64,000 bases of DNA from the human T2T-CHM13v2.0 reference genome, Homo sapiens: the NCBI RefSeq assembly GCF_009914755.1, contig NC_060932.1; one strand, given 5' to 3'. A model generated the notes under the pieces. That model did not search any database and was not told where the DNA came from. It worked only from the letters and a program-made list of their open reading frames with translations. How positions within the stretch are numbered: position 1 is the stretch's first letter; every line of letters begins with the position of its first letter. This document shows positions 42,513 through 57,673 of this stretch, piece after piece. The position numbers were made by a program, and so were the translations under genes.

Positions 42513-43810
42513 TTCTTGGAATCTTCAAAAAGTTCATGGAAATGCATATTACAAAAAAACTAAGCATGGAAATGTTTATGTACCAAAATAAATTCGTACA
42601 AACTTGTTATAACTTGTCTGAATAAGCTCTAGTTCGAGGCAGTAAGAATAATTCATCAGTTGAAAAGAGCCCCTATCACAGCAATATGGATTCTGCTAAA
42701 ATTAAAGTAAGAACAAACATCAAATTTGTGGTGAAGCTTGGGTGGGAGAATGATGAAATCACTGATGCTTTACAAAAAGTTTACAGAGACAACGCCTCAA
42801 AGAAATCAGCAGTTTACAAATGAATAACCTGTTTTAAGAAGAGACAAGATGATGAGGATGAAATCCGCAGTAGCAGAACATCCACATCCATTTGTGAGGA
42901 AAAACTTAATCTTGCTCATGCCCTAATTGAAAAGAATTGATGATTAATGCCAGAAAAAATAGCCAACACCACAGACATACCAATTGGTTCAGCTTACACA
43001 ATTCTGACTGAAAAATTGAAGTTGAGCAACATTTTCTTCACTGGGTGCCAAAACTGTTGCACCCAGATAGTTGCAGAAAAAAGCAGAACTTTCTACGGAA
43101 ATTTTAAACAAGTGGGATTAAGATCCTGAAGCATTTAATTGAAGAATTGTAGCAAGAGATTAAACACTGCTTTACCAGTATGATCCTGAAGACAAAGCAC
43201 AATCAAAGCAATGGCTACTAAGAGGTGGAAGTGGTCCAGTCAAAGCCAAAGTGGACCAGTCAAAAGCAAAGGCCATGGCAACAGTTTTTTGGAATGCTCA
43301 AGGCATTTTGCTTGCAGACTTTCTGGAGAGCTAAAGAATGTAACATCTGCTTATTATGAAAGTGTTTTGAGAAAGTTAGCCAAAGCTTTAGCTGAAAAAT
43401 GCCTAGGAAAACTCCACCAGAGAGTTCTCCATCATGACACTGGTGCTCCTGCTCCTGCTCATTTCTCTCATCAGACAAGGGGGCTATGTTGCAAAAGTTT
43501 CATTGGGAAATTATTAGGTATCCACCTTACAGTCCTGATTTGACTCCTTCTAAATTCTTTTTGTTTCCTAATCTTAAAAAAATCTTCAACTGGCATCCAT
43601 TTTCTGCAGTAAATAATGTGAAAAAGAATGCATTGATAATGCTAACTTCCCAGGACTCTCAGTCTTTAGGAATGGACTAAATAGCTGGTATCATTGCTTA
43701 CAAAAGTGTCTTGAATTTGATAGAGCTTATGTTGAGAAGTAAGGTTTGCACTTTTTATTTTTATCTTTATCTTTTAATTTCATTTTCCACAAACTTTTAA
43801 AGTCCCCTCA
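42513..43810 (+). mobile_element. Near full-length Hsmar2 mariner DNA transposon (dead transposase)
   Basis: TIR-like ends 'tcttcaaaaagttcatggaaa' / 'ttccacaaacttttaaagtcccctca' followed by TA; ~1.3 kb long. Transposase remnants from ATG at ~42686, 'LHHDTGAPAPAH' (HHDNAPAH) and 'YPPYSPDLTPS' (mariner YSPDL motif); multiple frameshifts. Confidence 0.9.
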
Positions 43811-44974
43811 TACATATAATAGAACATCACATTGTACACCATAAATATATACAATGTTTATTTATCAATTATGATTTAATAAAGCTGGGAAAATTTTAAT
43901 TTTACTTAAAATATTTTAATATTAATTCTGAATTTTAATTAATATTGAATTAATATTTGAATTTGAAATATCATTATAAATCCGTGCTTTTTTTCTTTTT
44001 TTAGAAAATACAAATTTCCTAGCTCTGTCCACTGAAGAGGTCTAGAGGCCTCTTGAATGACAACCAAATAACACTAATTCTCTAAATACCATTCCCTACT
44101 AAAAGAATTCAGGGCCTTCAAAAAATAGTGGATTCTAAGTGTGTATCTGGAAATATACAAGATGAACATTTTGTTATCCCAAAAATCAAGTAAGTTATGA
44201 AGGTCAAAGGGTCATTTCCAAAGGCAACACAAGCCAACATGAAAGAATGACCCTTGGGCAAATTTGAAATGATTTTAATATCAGAAATAATAATGAATGT
44301 AATAGTTTAAAACACATTGAATATAGATATGTTAAATGAGTAAATAATAATAATAAAGAGAGAAAGTAAAAAACAAAACCTACTTACTAAACAGCATTTT
44401 TAAATTTAAAAAACATCAATTAGAAGGATGAAATTAAGGGTCCATTCTTACTCTATTAACTATATTTCAGAGTAACAAAATAACTCTGCTTCATGAAGGA
44501 CAATTCTTCTCTACGGATTGATGTGGGGGAAATTATAGAATTCTTAACACCACATTTTATTACTCCAAATAAAATAATCAATTCAATCATCATCAATAGA
44601 TGAATCATTAGATTATGGGGAACTTTACAATGGAGGGATCAGGCCATCACCACCCATAACCTGCTGATCATTCTTAGCATCACAAAAATATGGACAATTC
44701 ATGATTCTTAATTTGTTAATTTTTGCCAAAATTTTTGAGGGAATTATAATTAAGGATATGATACATTCTTGGCTTAACTAGAATAGAGATACTAAAAGCC
44801 ACACTCCAGTAGCCACTATCTAGAAATTTATATACCACACATATTCTACAATCAACAAGATTTCTTGAAGATCCCATAAAACTGAAAATGCCTTCTCTGA
44901 TAATTCCCAGTCAACTCCCAGACAGACAGCTCTCCCTGAGATTTTTCAGCCAAGAAGAAGAAGGGAAACTTTTT

Positions 44975-46900
<1,926 letters not shown>

Positions 46901-48494
46901 ATAAAAAGATAGTTAAAAAATAAAAAAGAGCAAAAAGCAATAAAATATGATACAGAAAAACAGCAGAGAAAACCAACAAAACCAAACGCAAGAACTGTCA
47001 AGAAAAAGAGAACAGACACAAGGTACCAATGTCAAGAATGAAAGAGGAAACATAAATAGAAATCCTCTTACAGATATTACAAGGATAATAAGGAAGTAAT
47101 ATAAACATTTGCATCCTTGAAAAACAAATAACTCTATTTGTTGATAATTGTATGATTATGCTGGAAGGGGAATGCAGATGGAATATAACTAATTTGTTCT
47201 GGCTTTTCTGAAGCTTCATGATCTCCCATGAAATTTGAACTTTTTGACTGCATGATTTTTTCTCCTGTCTTCAGAAAAGAAATAGGGAATTCCACAGAAA
47301 TACACAAAATAAGCCAAATTAAGGCATAAGGAAAGCTTTTAGTGTCAACAAAAATTTAAAGTTGAGCCCCTGGCTTGACTTAGGGAAGTCTACTGGAAAA
47401 GTACTAGAAAGCAGCATATAATGAAAGAGGGGGAAATCTCAATGTCTCTGGGAGTGTGATAAGGTTCTTCAACAGAGTGAGCAATGAGATATGTTTCAAA
47501 CAAACACATTGCCATACCTTTGCCTATTCCAGAGAATATTAATAAATTATAAATTATCTCAAATTGAGAGGGGCGCCTATTATATGATTGGCTTCTAAAG
47601 CCCTTACGTAAACTAGCCTAGAGAAACAAAAACTCCAAGAAAGCAAAGTAGAAAATACTTTTAAAATCCTGGTTATTTAAGAACCGTAGGAACTAAAATT
47701 CATAGGAAGAAAAAGAAGGAGTTTGAGTTTTAACTGTGAATCCCACTAATGGGGATTTAGTTGCTAAGTCGCAATATAAAAAGAAAATAAATACCAGTTT
47801 ATGTCAGGCTAACAAATTGTTTATCCTTTTTTCTAAGTAGAACTTTAGTTCTTTCATACTAAATTTAAATAACTTTTATTTTTGGACATATAAATACAGA
47901 AAAATTCCATTAGGGTATATTTGGGTAATATTCAAGCAAAAGTAAGTCCCACTAAAGTAATAAATAGTATATAGTAGTTCTCAATTATCTACTTTCCAGT
48001 TTTCTTTGTAAGTGGAAAGGATCAAAATTTACTTTTTTAAAAAAGTAGATATTAATAGAGATGATAGAGTAGTTACAAAGAATACCATAGTTGCATACTG
48101 TTATGTTAAATGGTGGATGTGTTTTATCTTCTTATCAAGGAAATAGATGCAATTGTATTAGAATGGCAAACTCAGTGATGTTATCAATTGCCCTGGACAT
48201 GCCGACGAGGCTGCCGTTTTTTTAAAGTTCAAGTTAAACTCATAAGCAACTTTATGTAAATTTCTATATGCTTAATTTACTACAGAAAACAGCATATAAT
48301 TGAAGAGGGAGACATCCTACATTTTGCATATTATTTATGCTTAAATGCATACATAAAAGGTTATCTTAATATTAAAGAAAGCTTTATATGTTAGTTCAGA
48401 AAAAGGTTGATCTTGAGTAGAACTTTTGTTATAATTCCAAATTGTTTTTTAAATTTTTTCTTTTATTTTCAATTGTGGCAAAATACACATAACA

Positions 48495-49010
48495 AATCAA
48501 TTTTATTTTAAAATATTTGATTGACAAAATTATATATATTCAAAGTATACAATATGATATATTGATATAGCTATATATTGTATAATGATTACCATGATCA
48601 AATTAATTAACACATCCATCACTTTCCATAGTTACCACTTTGTGTTCGTGTGAGATGAGGACACTTAACATCTTTCCTCTTATCATATTTCAAGTAAACA
48701 ATATAGTATTACTAACTATAGTCACCATGGTGTACATTAGATCCCCAGAACACATTCATTTTATAACTGAAAGTTTGTAGACTAACTTCTGACTAACGTT
48801 CTCCCCTTCCCCCACCTGTCTTCCCCTGAAAACACCCATTCTACTCCCTGATTCTACGAATTCGATTATTTTAGATTCCACATAAAAGTAAGATCATATA
48901 GTATTTATCTTTCTATGTCTGGTTTATTTCACTTAGGATAATGTCCTCCAGGTTCATAGATATTGTCACAAATGGCAGGATTTTTTTTATGGCTGATTAA
49001 TATATTCGTG

Positions 49011-49044
<34 letters not shown>

Positions 49045-49480
49045 TTTTTCAAAAGAAGATATACAAATGGTCAACAGGTATATGAAAATGTGCTCAATAT
49101 CACTAATCACCAGTGAAATAAAAATCAAAACCACAATGAGATATCACCTTAGACCGGTTAAGATGGTTATTGTCAAAAAAATGAGAGATAAATTCTCAAA
49201 AAGGCAAGGATGTAGAGAAAAGGGAACTGTTGTACACTGTTAATGGGAATGTAGATTGGTACAGTCATTGTGGAAAACAGTATGAAGGTTCCTCAAAAAT
49301 TTAAAAATAGAACTATCATGAAAAAAGTATATACACATATATCACTTCTGTGTATATATCCAAAGGAAATAAAATCAGCTTCTCAAATAGATATCTGCAC
49401 CCCCATGTTCACTGCAGCATTATTCACAATAGGCAAGGTATGGAAACAACCTGCGTCCACCAATGGATGAATGGATAACT
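48495..49480 (-). mobile_element. L1MA 3' fragment with an inverted 5' part (minus 48495-49007, plus 49044-49480), joined at a (TG)n(AG)n microsatellite
   Basis: Antisense L1MA 3' UTR ('taactatagtcaccatggtgtacattagatc', 'ttagattccacata') followed by sense ORF2 end ('aaagaagatatacaaatgg...caatggatgaatggataa'). Confidence 0.8.
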
Positions 49481-50516
49481 TAAATAATTTTTAATGAAAA
49501 CTCTCTTTGTTTCTGAAAATGCTATTATTTCTAATATATGTTTGTACTCGCTATTGTGTTCATTTTAAACATATTGCCTTTTCAAAACCACGTAATAATT
49601 TCCTAGCTTCAGGCACCTCTGTCCTACGCTAATATAATGAGATTTCTCTGATACTGTCTTGCCTAAGTGTAGTCTCCAAATTCAGAATAATAAAACTCTT
49701 AAGATATCTTTTTAACTCAGGTAATCCTTGGTGCTTCTCAAATGGCCCACTTGGTTTACTTTTATACATTATAAGGGATGGATGCTGGAAATAATTAATA
49801 TATTATATTCTTCATATATTAGTTATCTCACCATGAAAGATACTAAAATAAATAATCCAGAGACACCTGTTGGGCTCTAGTACCAAAAGAGTCCTCTCCT
49901 TTCTTAAGCAGGAATTACAATTCCTGAATTCCCCAGCTATGTAAAAACCCTTCTCATTATAGGTAAAAGAAAAAGCTATGATTTACGGTGCTTATCCCCC
50001 AAAGTGGAACCTTGTCATAAGCCCATTGCTTTTCTTAGCATGTCTCTTGACTCTGTTAATTCATGTTTGTTTGCACGTGGTAGTGGCAGCAGCTTAACTA
50101 CTTGAAGCTTCAGTAGAAAGTGTTCTGGCCTCACCTCTCATACTATGACTCCCTAATAGAGTGCAAGCCTCATTACTTTAAAATAACATCCAACACCACC
50201 TAGCCAAACTTATTCCCACTTATAAAATTTTACTTTGCTGATTCCCATATAATAGTCAACTGCTGCTCCAATCTAAGGGCAGCTACCTTACTTCCTCTTC
50301 CTGGTAAAGATAAATTTCATGACTATTTAACAGTTTTTCATAATGCCCTATCCTGACTTGACTAATGTTTTCCTAAACACTTCAATATATTTTTGTTGAT
50401 GACTCATGTCTTTACAATAGTCTATGTACATTTTGTGCTAGGCACTCTGTTACAGAAGCTCCCTTATTTAAAATTTTAAGTTAACATGCCTTGGAAGTTG
50501 TTCATGATTGCAGCTT

Positions 50517-50910
50517 TGTTGCAGGTTGGGTTCCCGAGAAACAAAATCTAAGACAGAGATTAGTTTGTGTAAGACATTTATCGGAGTGTACACTTGGGTT
50601 CAGCACCTCTGGAAGGGAAATGGAAAAAAGGCAAGATTGGACAGAGGATAAGATTGGGCCATGATGCATTCTTAAGCAAGACCTGAGGCAACCCTATGGA
50701 GAGCTCTGAAGCTGGGATGCCCTTTTAGAATTATTCCCCATTACAAAAAAAATCAGGCATTTTACTCAAAATCAATCAGTCACTGGATGTAGGCTTCCCC
50801 TGAAAAGAGAGCATGACCTTGGACAAAACAAGTAGAGAGAGCAATTTCTAAGAAGAGCTGATGGCTGAGGGCCTAGGTCCTTCAGTCCTAACGAGGAATG
50901 CAGCTGCCAC
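50517..50910 (-). mobile_element. Old ERVL LTR (LTR16-like)
   Basis: 'tgttgcaggttgggttccc...agacagagattag...ccctatggagagctctgaagctgggatg' resembles antisense LTR16. Confidence 0.55.
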
Positions 50911-51111
50911 ATCGCAGTTTCTCCTATAGGCATGGCATAAAAACAAAGATATTTTCTAACTTCTTGAGATACCCCAATCAAACATAAGGAAAGAAATGAC
51001 TTATTAGAGGCAGTTCTACATACAAAGGAAGTCTTAGATATCAATTAAAGCCCACACTTCTGATACTGAAGGGACTACTTTATCTGCAAACTACAATGCA
51101 CAAAGCACTCC

Positions 51112-51627
51112 TGTGATGGTCAATGTTATGTGTCAATTTGACTGGGATACAGAGTCCCCAGATGTTTGGCTAAACATTATTCTGGATGTGTCTGTGAGGG
51201 TGTTTCTGGATAAGTATAACATTTTAATCTGTAGATGAAAGTAGAGCAGATTGCCCTCCCCAAAGTGGGTGGGAATCATCCAATCACTTGAAGGCCTAAA
51301 TAGAACAAAAGGCTGAGCCCTCTCTGCCTTATGGTCTTCCAGCTGGGATGTCAGCCTTCTGTCTCCAAACTTGAACTAGAACTTACACCATCAGCTCTCT
51401 TGGTTCTCAAGCTTTTGAATTCAGACTGAAACTTACACCACTGACTCTCCTGCTCCTTAGGTCTTTGAACTGCAGAGCTTGGGTCCTCAGTCTCCATCAT
51501 CATGTGAGCCAATTTCTTATCATAAATGAATGAATTAATTAATCATATTTTTAGATATGGATAGGAAAATATATATATATAACATATATGTGCTATTGGT
51601 TCTATTTCTCTAGAGAACTGTAATATA
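51112..51627 (+). mobile_element. MLT2 (ERVL) solo LTR
   Basis: Start 'tgtgatggtcaatgttatgtgtcaatttgactggg', end 'tattggttctatttctctagagaac..taatata'. Perfect 5-bp TSD actcc (51107-51111 / 51628-51632). Confidence 0.9.
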
Positions 51628-52309
51628 ACTCCCTACTGATTTTTATATTCTTGGTGTTAAAAGCTTCTCCTCTAATTTCATGATTCCAGAAGTACTTATT
51701 CAAAAATAACAGTCTTTCCCTCCCGAAAAGAAATCTCAGCATTGTCTCATGAACAGTGATGAATTTGGACATTCCCAAGACATTTACTCAATGGCACCCA
51801 AGTATATGTCCAGCCCTTTGGTGCACATGCTACATGAAATACCCACAATGGCAAAAGCAAATTGGTTCAAACTTTTCAAAAATATTTATAAAGACATTTC
51901 CCTTGAAAGATTCACAAGTGACAAAATCTTGCCTTTTCTGTAATTATCATAACACAGGAAAAACTACAAAGGTAGAACAAAACTCACAACTCCACTTCAA
52001 GGATAATTTGAGTATTTACAAATGGATTTATTTACTTGCCCAAATCACAAAGCCTTTAAGTAGGCTTTAAGTTTTATGGTTAGATTGAAGCTTTCCCTTG
52101 CTGAAAGTCTAACACTTAAACTTTGCAGGGAGAGAAAGGGAGTTGTGTACAGTTGTATACTTTACTTCCGTCTTTACAGGTGAAATGCTTAAGGGGCTAC
52201 ATAAGGTTTTTCCTTTAAAACAGAACCTTCATTGACTTTCACTCTCAAAGCCCTGAAAATGTAAAATGATATTTTTTATATAATCATTAAACAACTTTTA
52301 ATGTTTTTT

Positions 52310-54160
52310 ATATTTCTATTTTGAAAAAATCCAAATTTATAGGAAATTTATATGAGCAGTTTAATGAATTCTTATATGCCCTTCACCTACACTCACATTT
52401 GCACATTACTTTATATATTTCTCCTTTCTTTCTATATACATTCATATATTCATATAAATAATAAAGTTATTATTGCTAATGTTCATTGCCATTACCAACG
52501 GTTGCAAACGTCCCAGCCTTTATTCCTAAGTACTTCAGTGTTTATCTTCTCTAAGAATAGCAACATTTTCTTACATAAACCAACATAAAGTTATCAAATT
52601 CAGAAAATCTAATATTGATATAATATCATAATATAATATGCAGTTAGCATCCCAATTTCACCAATCATCCCCAAACAATCTTTACGTGGTTTCTTTTTCT
52701 TGATCCAGAATCCAACCCAGGATCATCTATTGCAAGTAGTTATCATCTCTCTTCAGTTTCCTTTAATCTGTAATAGTTCCTCACCTTTCTTTGCTTTTAT
52801 GACATTGATATATTTGAAGAGTACAGGCTAGTTGTTTTGTGGACCTTCTCTCAATGTGAACTTCTCTGATGTTTTGTAACAATTCGCTTTTGCAAGTTTG
52901 GCAGGAATACCACACAACTAATATTGCTTCCTACTTGATGCACCTTAATACCGAGAGGTACATGATGTTAGTTTATCACATTACTAGTGATGCTAACTTC
53001 AATCACCTGGCTCAGATGGCATCCACAGGTTTCTCCATGTAAAATCACCAATATTTTCTTTGTAATTGATAAGTGATCTGTGGGGAAGTACCCTGAGACA
53101 ATGTAATTATCTGTTTCCCATCAAACTTTCACACAGTAGTTTTAGCATTTATTAATGATTTTTTCCTGAGTCAATTATAATTATAATAGTTGCATAATTT
53201 TTTAACTATCTTTTCTTCTATGTTTATTATGTAACATTATATCATAATGAAGAATTTTTCCTTCTCTCCCATTTGTTTATTTAGCTTCAGCAGAAAGCTA
53301 TAGATTCTTATTTTATTCAGTGGGTTACCAGACATTAGTTATATTTCTGCTGATGGTTAGATTGTCCTATAATAAATTTAGCCATCAAGAGCCCTTCAAG
53401 CTTGTTCTTGTGACCTTTAAATAATATCCATTTTTTTAGAAATTCCATACTTTTGGAAACAATAAAGTGCTTCAGACTCAGGTTGAGTTTTCTGTCTCAG
53501 CTCTGGATTCAGCCATGGCTTCAAACTATTCAGAAACCATTACGTGCTTTATTTATGTCTACCCAGAGTGTTTGTTCTCTACAGTTACATCAATAACTTT
53601 TGTCCCTTCAATATGCTCCCTTAGGAACTCTTTTTCCTGTGTAATTAGAAGGCTTTCCTATGCTGATCACATGAAAATGTGACCTATAGTTTGACAAGAT
53701 CATCTTGCCTTTCCAACATTCATCTTGCCCTAGTTTCTTTTAGTGGAGAATGGTATTTCAAAAACAAAATCTGGGTGCCAGCTGTGCTCATTGTACCAAG
53801 GTGTAATTGCTTCTAAGCTCATTTAGTGAATAGAGCTAAGAAATATAGACTTTTATTATGAATAGGATATCCTTTAAATCATGAATTAAGAAATATATGT
53901 GTGTATTATTCTATCTCTAACTCCAGTCTAATGCCACAAGATTCTTTCCTACTTTCCCCAATTCCATATATGTAGTTCCTTCTTCCCCAGTGAGAACATT
54001 GGCTCCCAACAATGAGATTATGTTTACCCATTTTCTTAATCCCACTAGATACATAAAATAGTTCTAGAATTTCCACAGCCATGCTATACACACAAGAAAC
54101 TATTAAAGAGTGTTCGAGATTTTTTTGCAGGTTTTTTCATCTTTAAGGATATGTAGCAAA
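52310..54160 (-). mobile_element. Ancient L1MC-type 3' region
   Basis: Antisense landmarks 'gacattgatatatttgaagagtacaggc', 'tttggcaggaataccac', 'ttttagtggagaatggtattt'. Confidence 0.65.
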
Positions 54161-55692
54161 GCGCTGTTTAAAAGTATAAACTAATAATATTTAAAATCAT
54201 AACAGTTAATATTTACAGAAGAATTCAATATATCTTATCTAAAAGTTCCACCCTAGCCTTAATGATAATGTAATCTACATCACTAAATCCCCATAAATTC
54301 TCACTTTCCTTCTGACCACATTACCTTATTACATTCTGATCTTGTCAGGTGTTTTGAAAATCTAATGTCATACACAAGAGTCGTACCTAACAGGTACAAA
54401 CTGCATTTCCTAAAGAGACACCAATGAATACAACCCTACAGAATACACAACCAGTAGACATTATATAGGAAAAGACACCAGTGAGAGTCAGCCTTAGAAC
54501 TATATCGAAAAGGGCCATTTCAAGTGTTTCGAGCCGCTACTGCTGCTTGTAAACTCCAGAACACAGGACCCATGGACTTATACTTCTTAATGCAAACATA
54601 TTAAGGATCTTACAACATGAATATCCATCCCCACTGGATATCTAACCCTGAGCTCACTAAAAGGCCTCCAAAAGTAAGAAACTTACAGAAGTAGATCATT
54701 GAAACAGACAGTTGCCACCGCTGCAGACACTGCCAATTGCACAATTTTTTATATGGCTCAGGCACATATAAAAAATATTAACTCAAACACATCTATTCCA
54801 CATGCCTCAACTTAACTGTAGGTCCCTCCTCACAGTTGCTACTGTTACTTATATATCCAGAGCCTCAAAGTCACCTATGGGAGGTAAGGATAACAAGGAA
54901 CACGTGACTAATAATGCAACTTATGATTGAACTGTTTTGTCATGAATTAATTCAGAAACTTCACGACTTGTTTAAATTTACGTAGAATGTTTGTTCTTTG
55001 CAATTAGACCAAATACATTTAGGTGGCAACTGATACCAACTGATTATTTTCATGTCCCTTCTATATTCACCCAAAAGATTATTTTTCCTATTTAATTAGA
55101 TAGGCCTCTCATGCTAATGACATCAAAATGTGACCTATTCTTTGTCCAGATCATCTTTGTAAGGACTAAAAAAAAAATTCTACTATTTCTCATATTTTGT
55201 GGGGAGCCTGACATGGTAACTTACCAGAAAATATGCAAGACACCAAATATCAGTAGTGTTTTTTCTTTAGACTGAAATGTGTGATCCTCATTTTATAACT
55301 AGGACCAAAAAACAAATAAAGCAGCTCAAGTTTGAGAAGTCCAACCAACCAGCATAAATGTATTGGCTAGACTAATCTAGCTAATAAAATTTTTCCTGAC
55401 TATTTACAGGTCAACCATCTATTGAGTCAATACAGTAACCAATACCTGGATAAACACTTCAGGAAAAGTGGAACCATTAATTTGATTTTTTTAAAAAAAG
55501 CATAAATAAGGTTGCCCAAACTGATCCATGGGACTTGTTCTCCTAGTTGGTTATAGGCCATTTCAAAACTAAATACAAGATGGGATTTCAAACGTTTCTT
55601 TTGACATTTATAATGGTCCTCATTTTCTTCTGAATGAGATGCAATTACTTTAAAAATTACTATAGTGCCATTATGCTAGGCTGACACTCAGC

Positions 55693-56061
55693 TATATCTG
55701 AATCCATATAGGCTGCTATGACAAAAATACCACAAACTCTTTAGCTTTTAGACAACAGAAATTTATTTCTCACAGTTCCGAAGGCTAAGAACTCCAAGAT
55801 CAAGGTGCTGGCAGATTTGATTGCTGGCGAGGGCTCGTCTTCTGGCTCATACATGGCACCTTCTAGCTGTATCCTCACTTGTGATAGGAGCCAAGGCAGC
55901 TCTCTGGGGTCTTTTGTATAAGGTCACTAATCCCACTCATAAGTCACCCCCGCTCACGACTTTATCATCTCCCAAAGGTGCCACCTCCTAGTACCATCAC
56001 CTTGGAGGTTAGGATTTCAGCATATGAATTTGAGTGGGGACATAAATATTCAGTTCATTAC
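55693..56061 (-). mobile_element. MLT1A-like MaLR solo LTR
   Basis: 'acaacagaaatttatttctcacagttc..aggcta.gaa.tccaagatcaaggtgctggcagattt' and 'catatgaattt...ttcagttcattaca'. Confidence 0.85.
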
Positions 56062-57307
56062 AATTCTGCATCAAAAAGACTGAAGCTATCACAGCTCACT
56101 CAGCAGACTTTGGCTAAAAGAGGAACAACTTTACTGTAGTAGAGAAATGGTGCACTCCTAGCTTAACTAAGGTGAAGGGCTCAGCAGAAGTCCAGCAGAG
56201 TTCAACAGCAGCCACACCTAGAAATAAAACATCACTTTCTGTCACTTTTAGTAACAAGATTTCTCCAAAGCCTCATAAATAAAGTTGCCTTCTGTGATAA
56301 CTGCCAGTCTGCTTTGGGGAAAATGCTCTCCCTGATAGGTTTTAATTAATCAGCTTGCCCATAGACAAAAAACAATATTTCACTGTTCCTCAGGCTGCTG
56401 TAGGTTTTGTTTTTATAAATCCCCCCTTGTCTGGTTTCATGACTGATCTCCAGCACATGTGAATAGATATCAGCCATGCTTTTAATTAAACTGAGTTATT
56501 CTTTGGTGAGATGGTCCTGAATTTAATCAAGCTTCAAAATTGACTTTCATTTACAGAGGACAGGAACAAGTTAAGTGACCACATTGGAAGCAAAGAGTCA
56601 CATCCAAAATGTAAGAAAGTTCATAGGACAATTGACCCAGTTTCTACAAAAAGCCAATGGTGGGAATTTTAAAAATGAAGGGAGGATTGTACCAGATTAA
56701 AAGAGATTTGAGAAACATAAAAGTGAATAGAATATGCGGACCATATTTGGGTCCTGTTTTAAACAAAGCAACAGTATTCTTGAGACAATCATGAAAATGT
56801 GATTATAATTGTTAAGTATTTTAACAGAATTGTATTTATGTAAGAAAGGTTCATGTTTTATAGAGATACATACTTAACTACAAAGAGTGAATTTAAATGA
56901 TTGTCGTGACTTCCTTTTAAAGTTTTCAGCAAAGATGAAAAAGGAAAAAGAAACAGAAGCAATAAAGTTTTGGTAATTTCTTAACTTGACTAATACAAGT
57001 TCATTATTTGCTTTCTTGTGTCCATTTGAAATAGTTTATGACAAAAATATAAGTACAATATTTTTATATTTTGATGTAAATATTCAAGCTATTGAAATCC
57101 TCTTTCCAAAAGAGGACGTTTCCTGCGCATTCTAAATAAACCCAAATAACACATCTGCAAATCTCTGGGCAATTTCTTTTCTGCCTCAAAAGGCAGCATT
57201 TGCCGCCTAACTGCACATTGCTCTGTTTTTGCTGAACTGAACTAAAAAGATAGGTGTAGTTCAGGAAGTGATCAAACCAAAAACAGAAAAATCCATTAAA
57301 TATGTGA

Positions 57308-57673
<366 letters not shown>

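Noticed and set aside
50599-50619. 'ttcagcacctctggaaggg' resembling a second RE1
   Set aside because: Only the left half matches; it lies within an old LTR; no right half-site.
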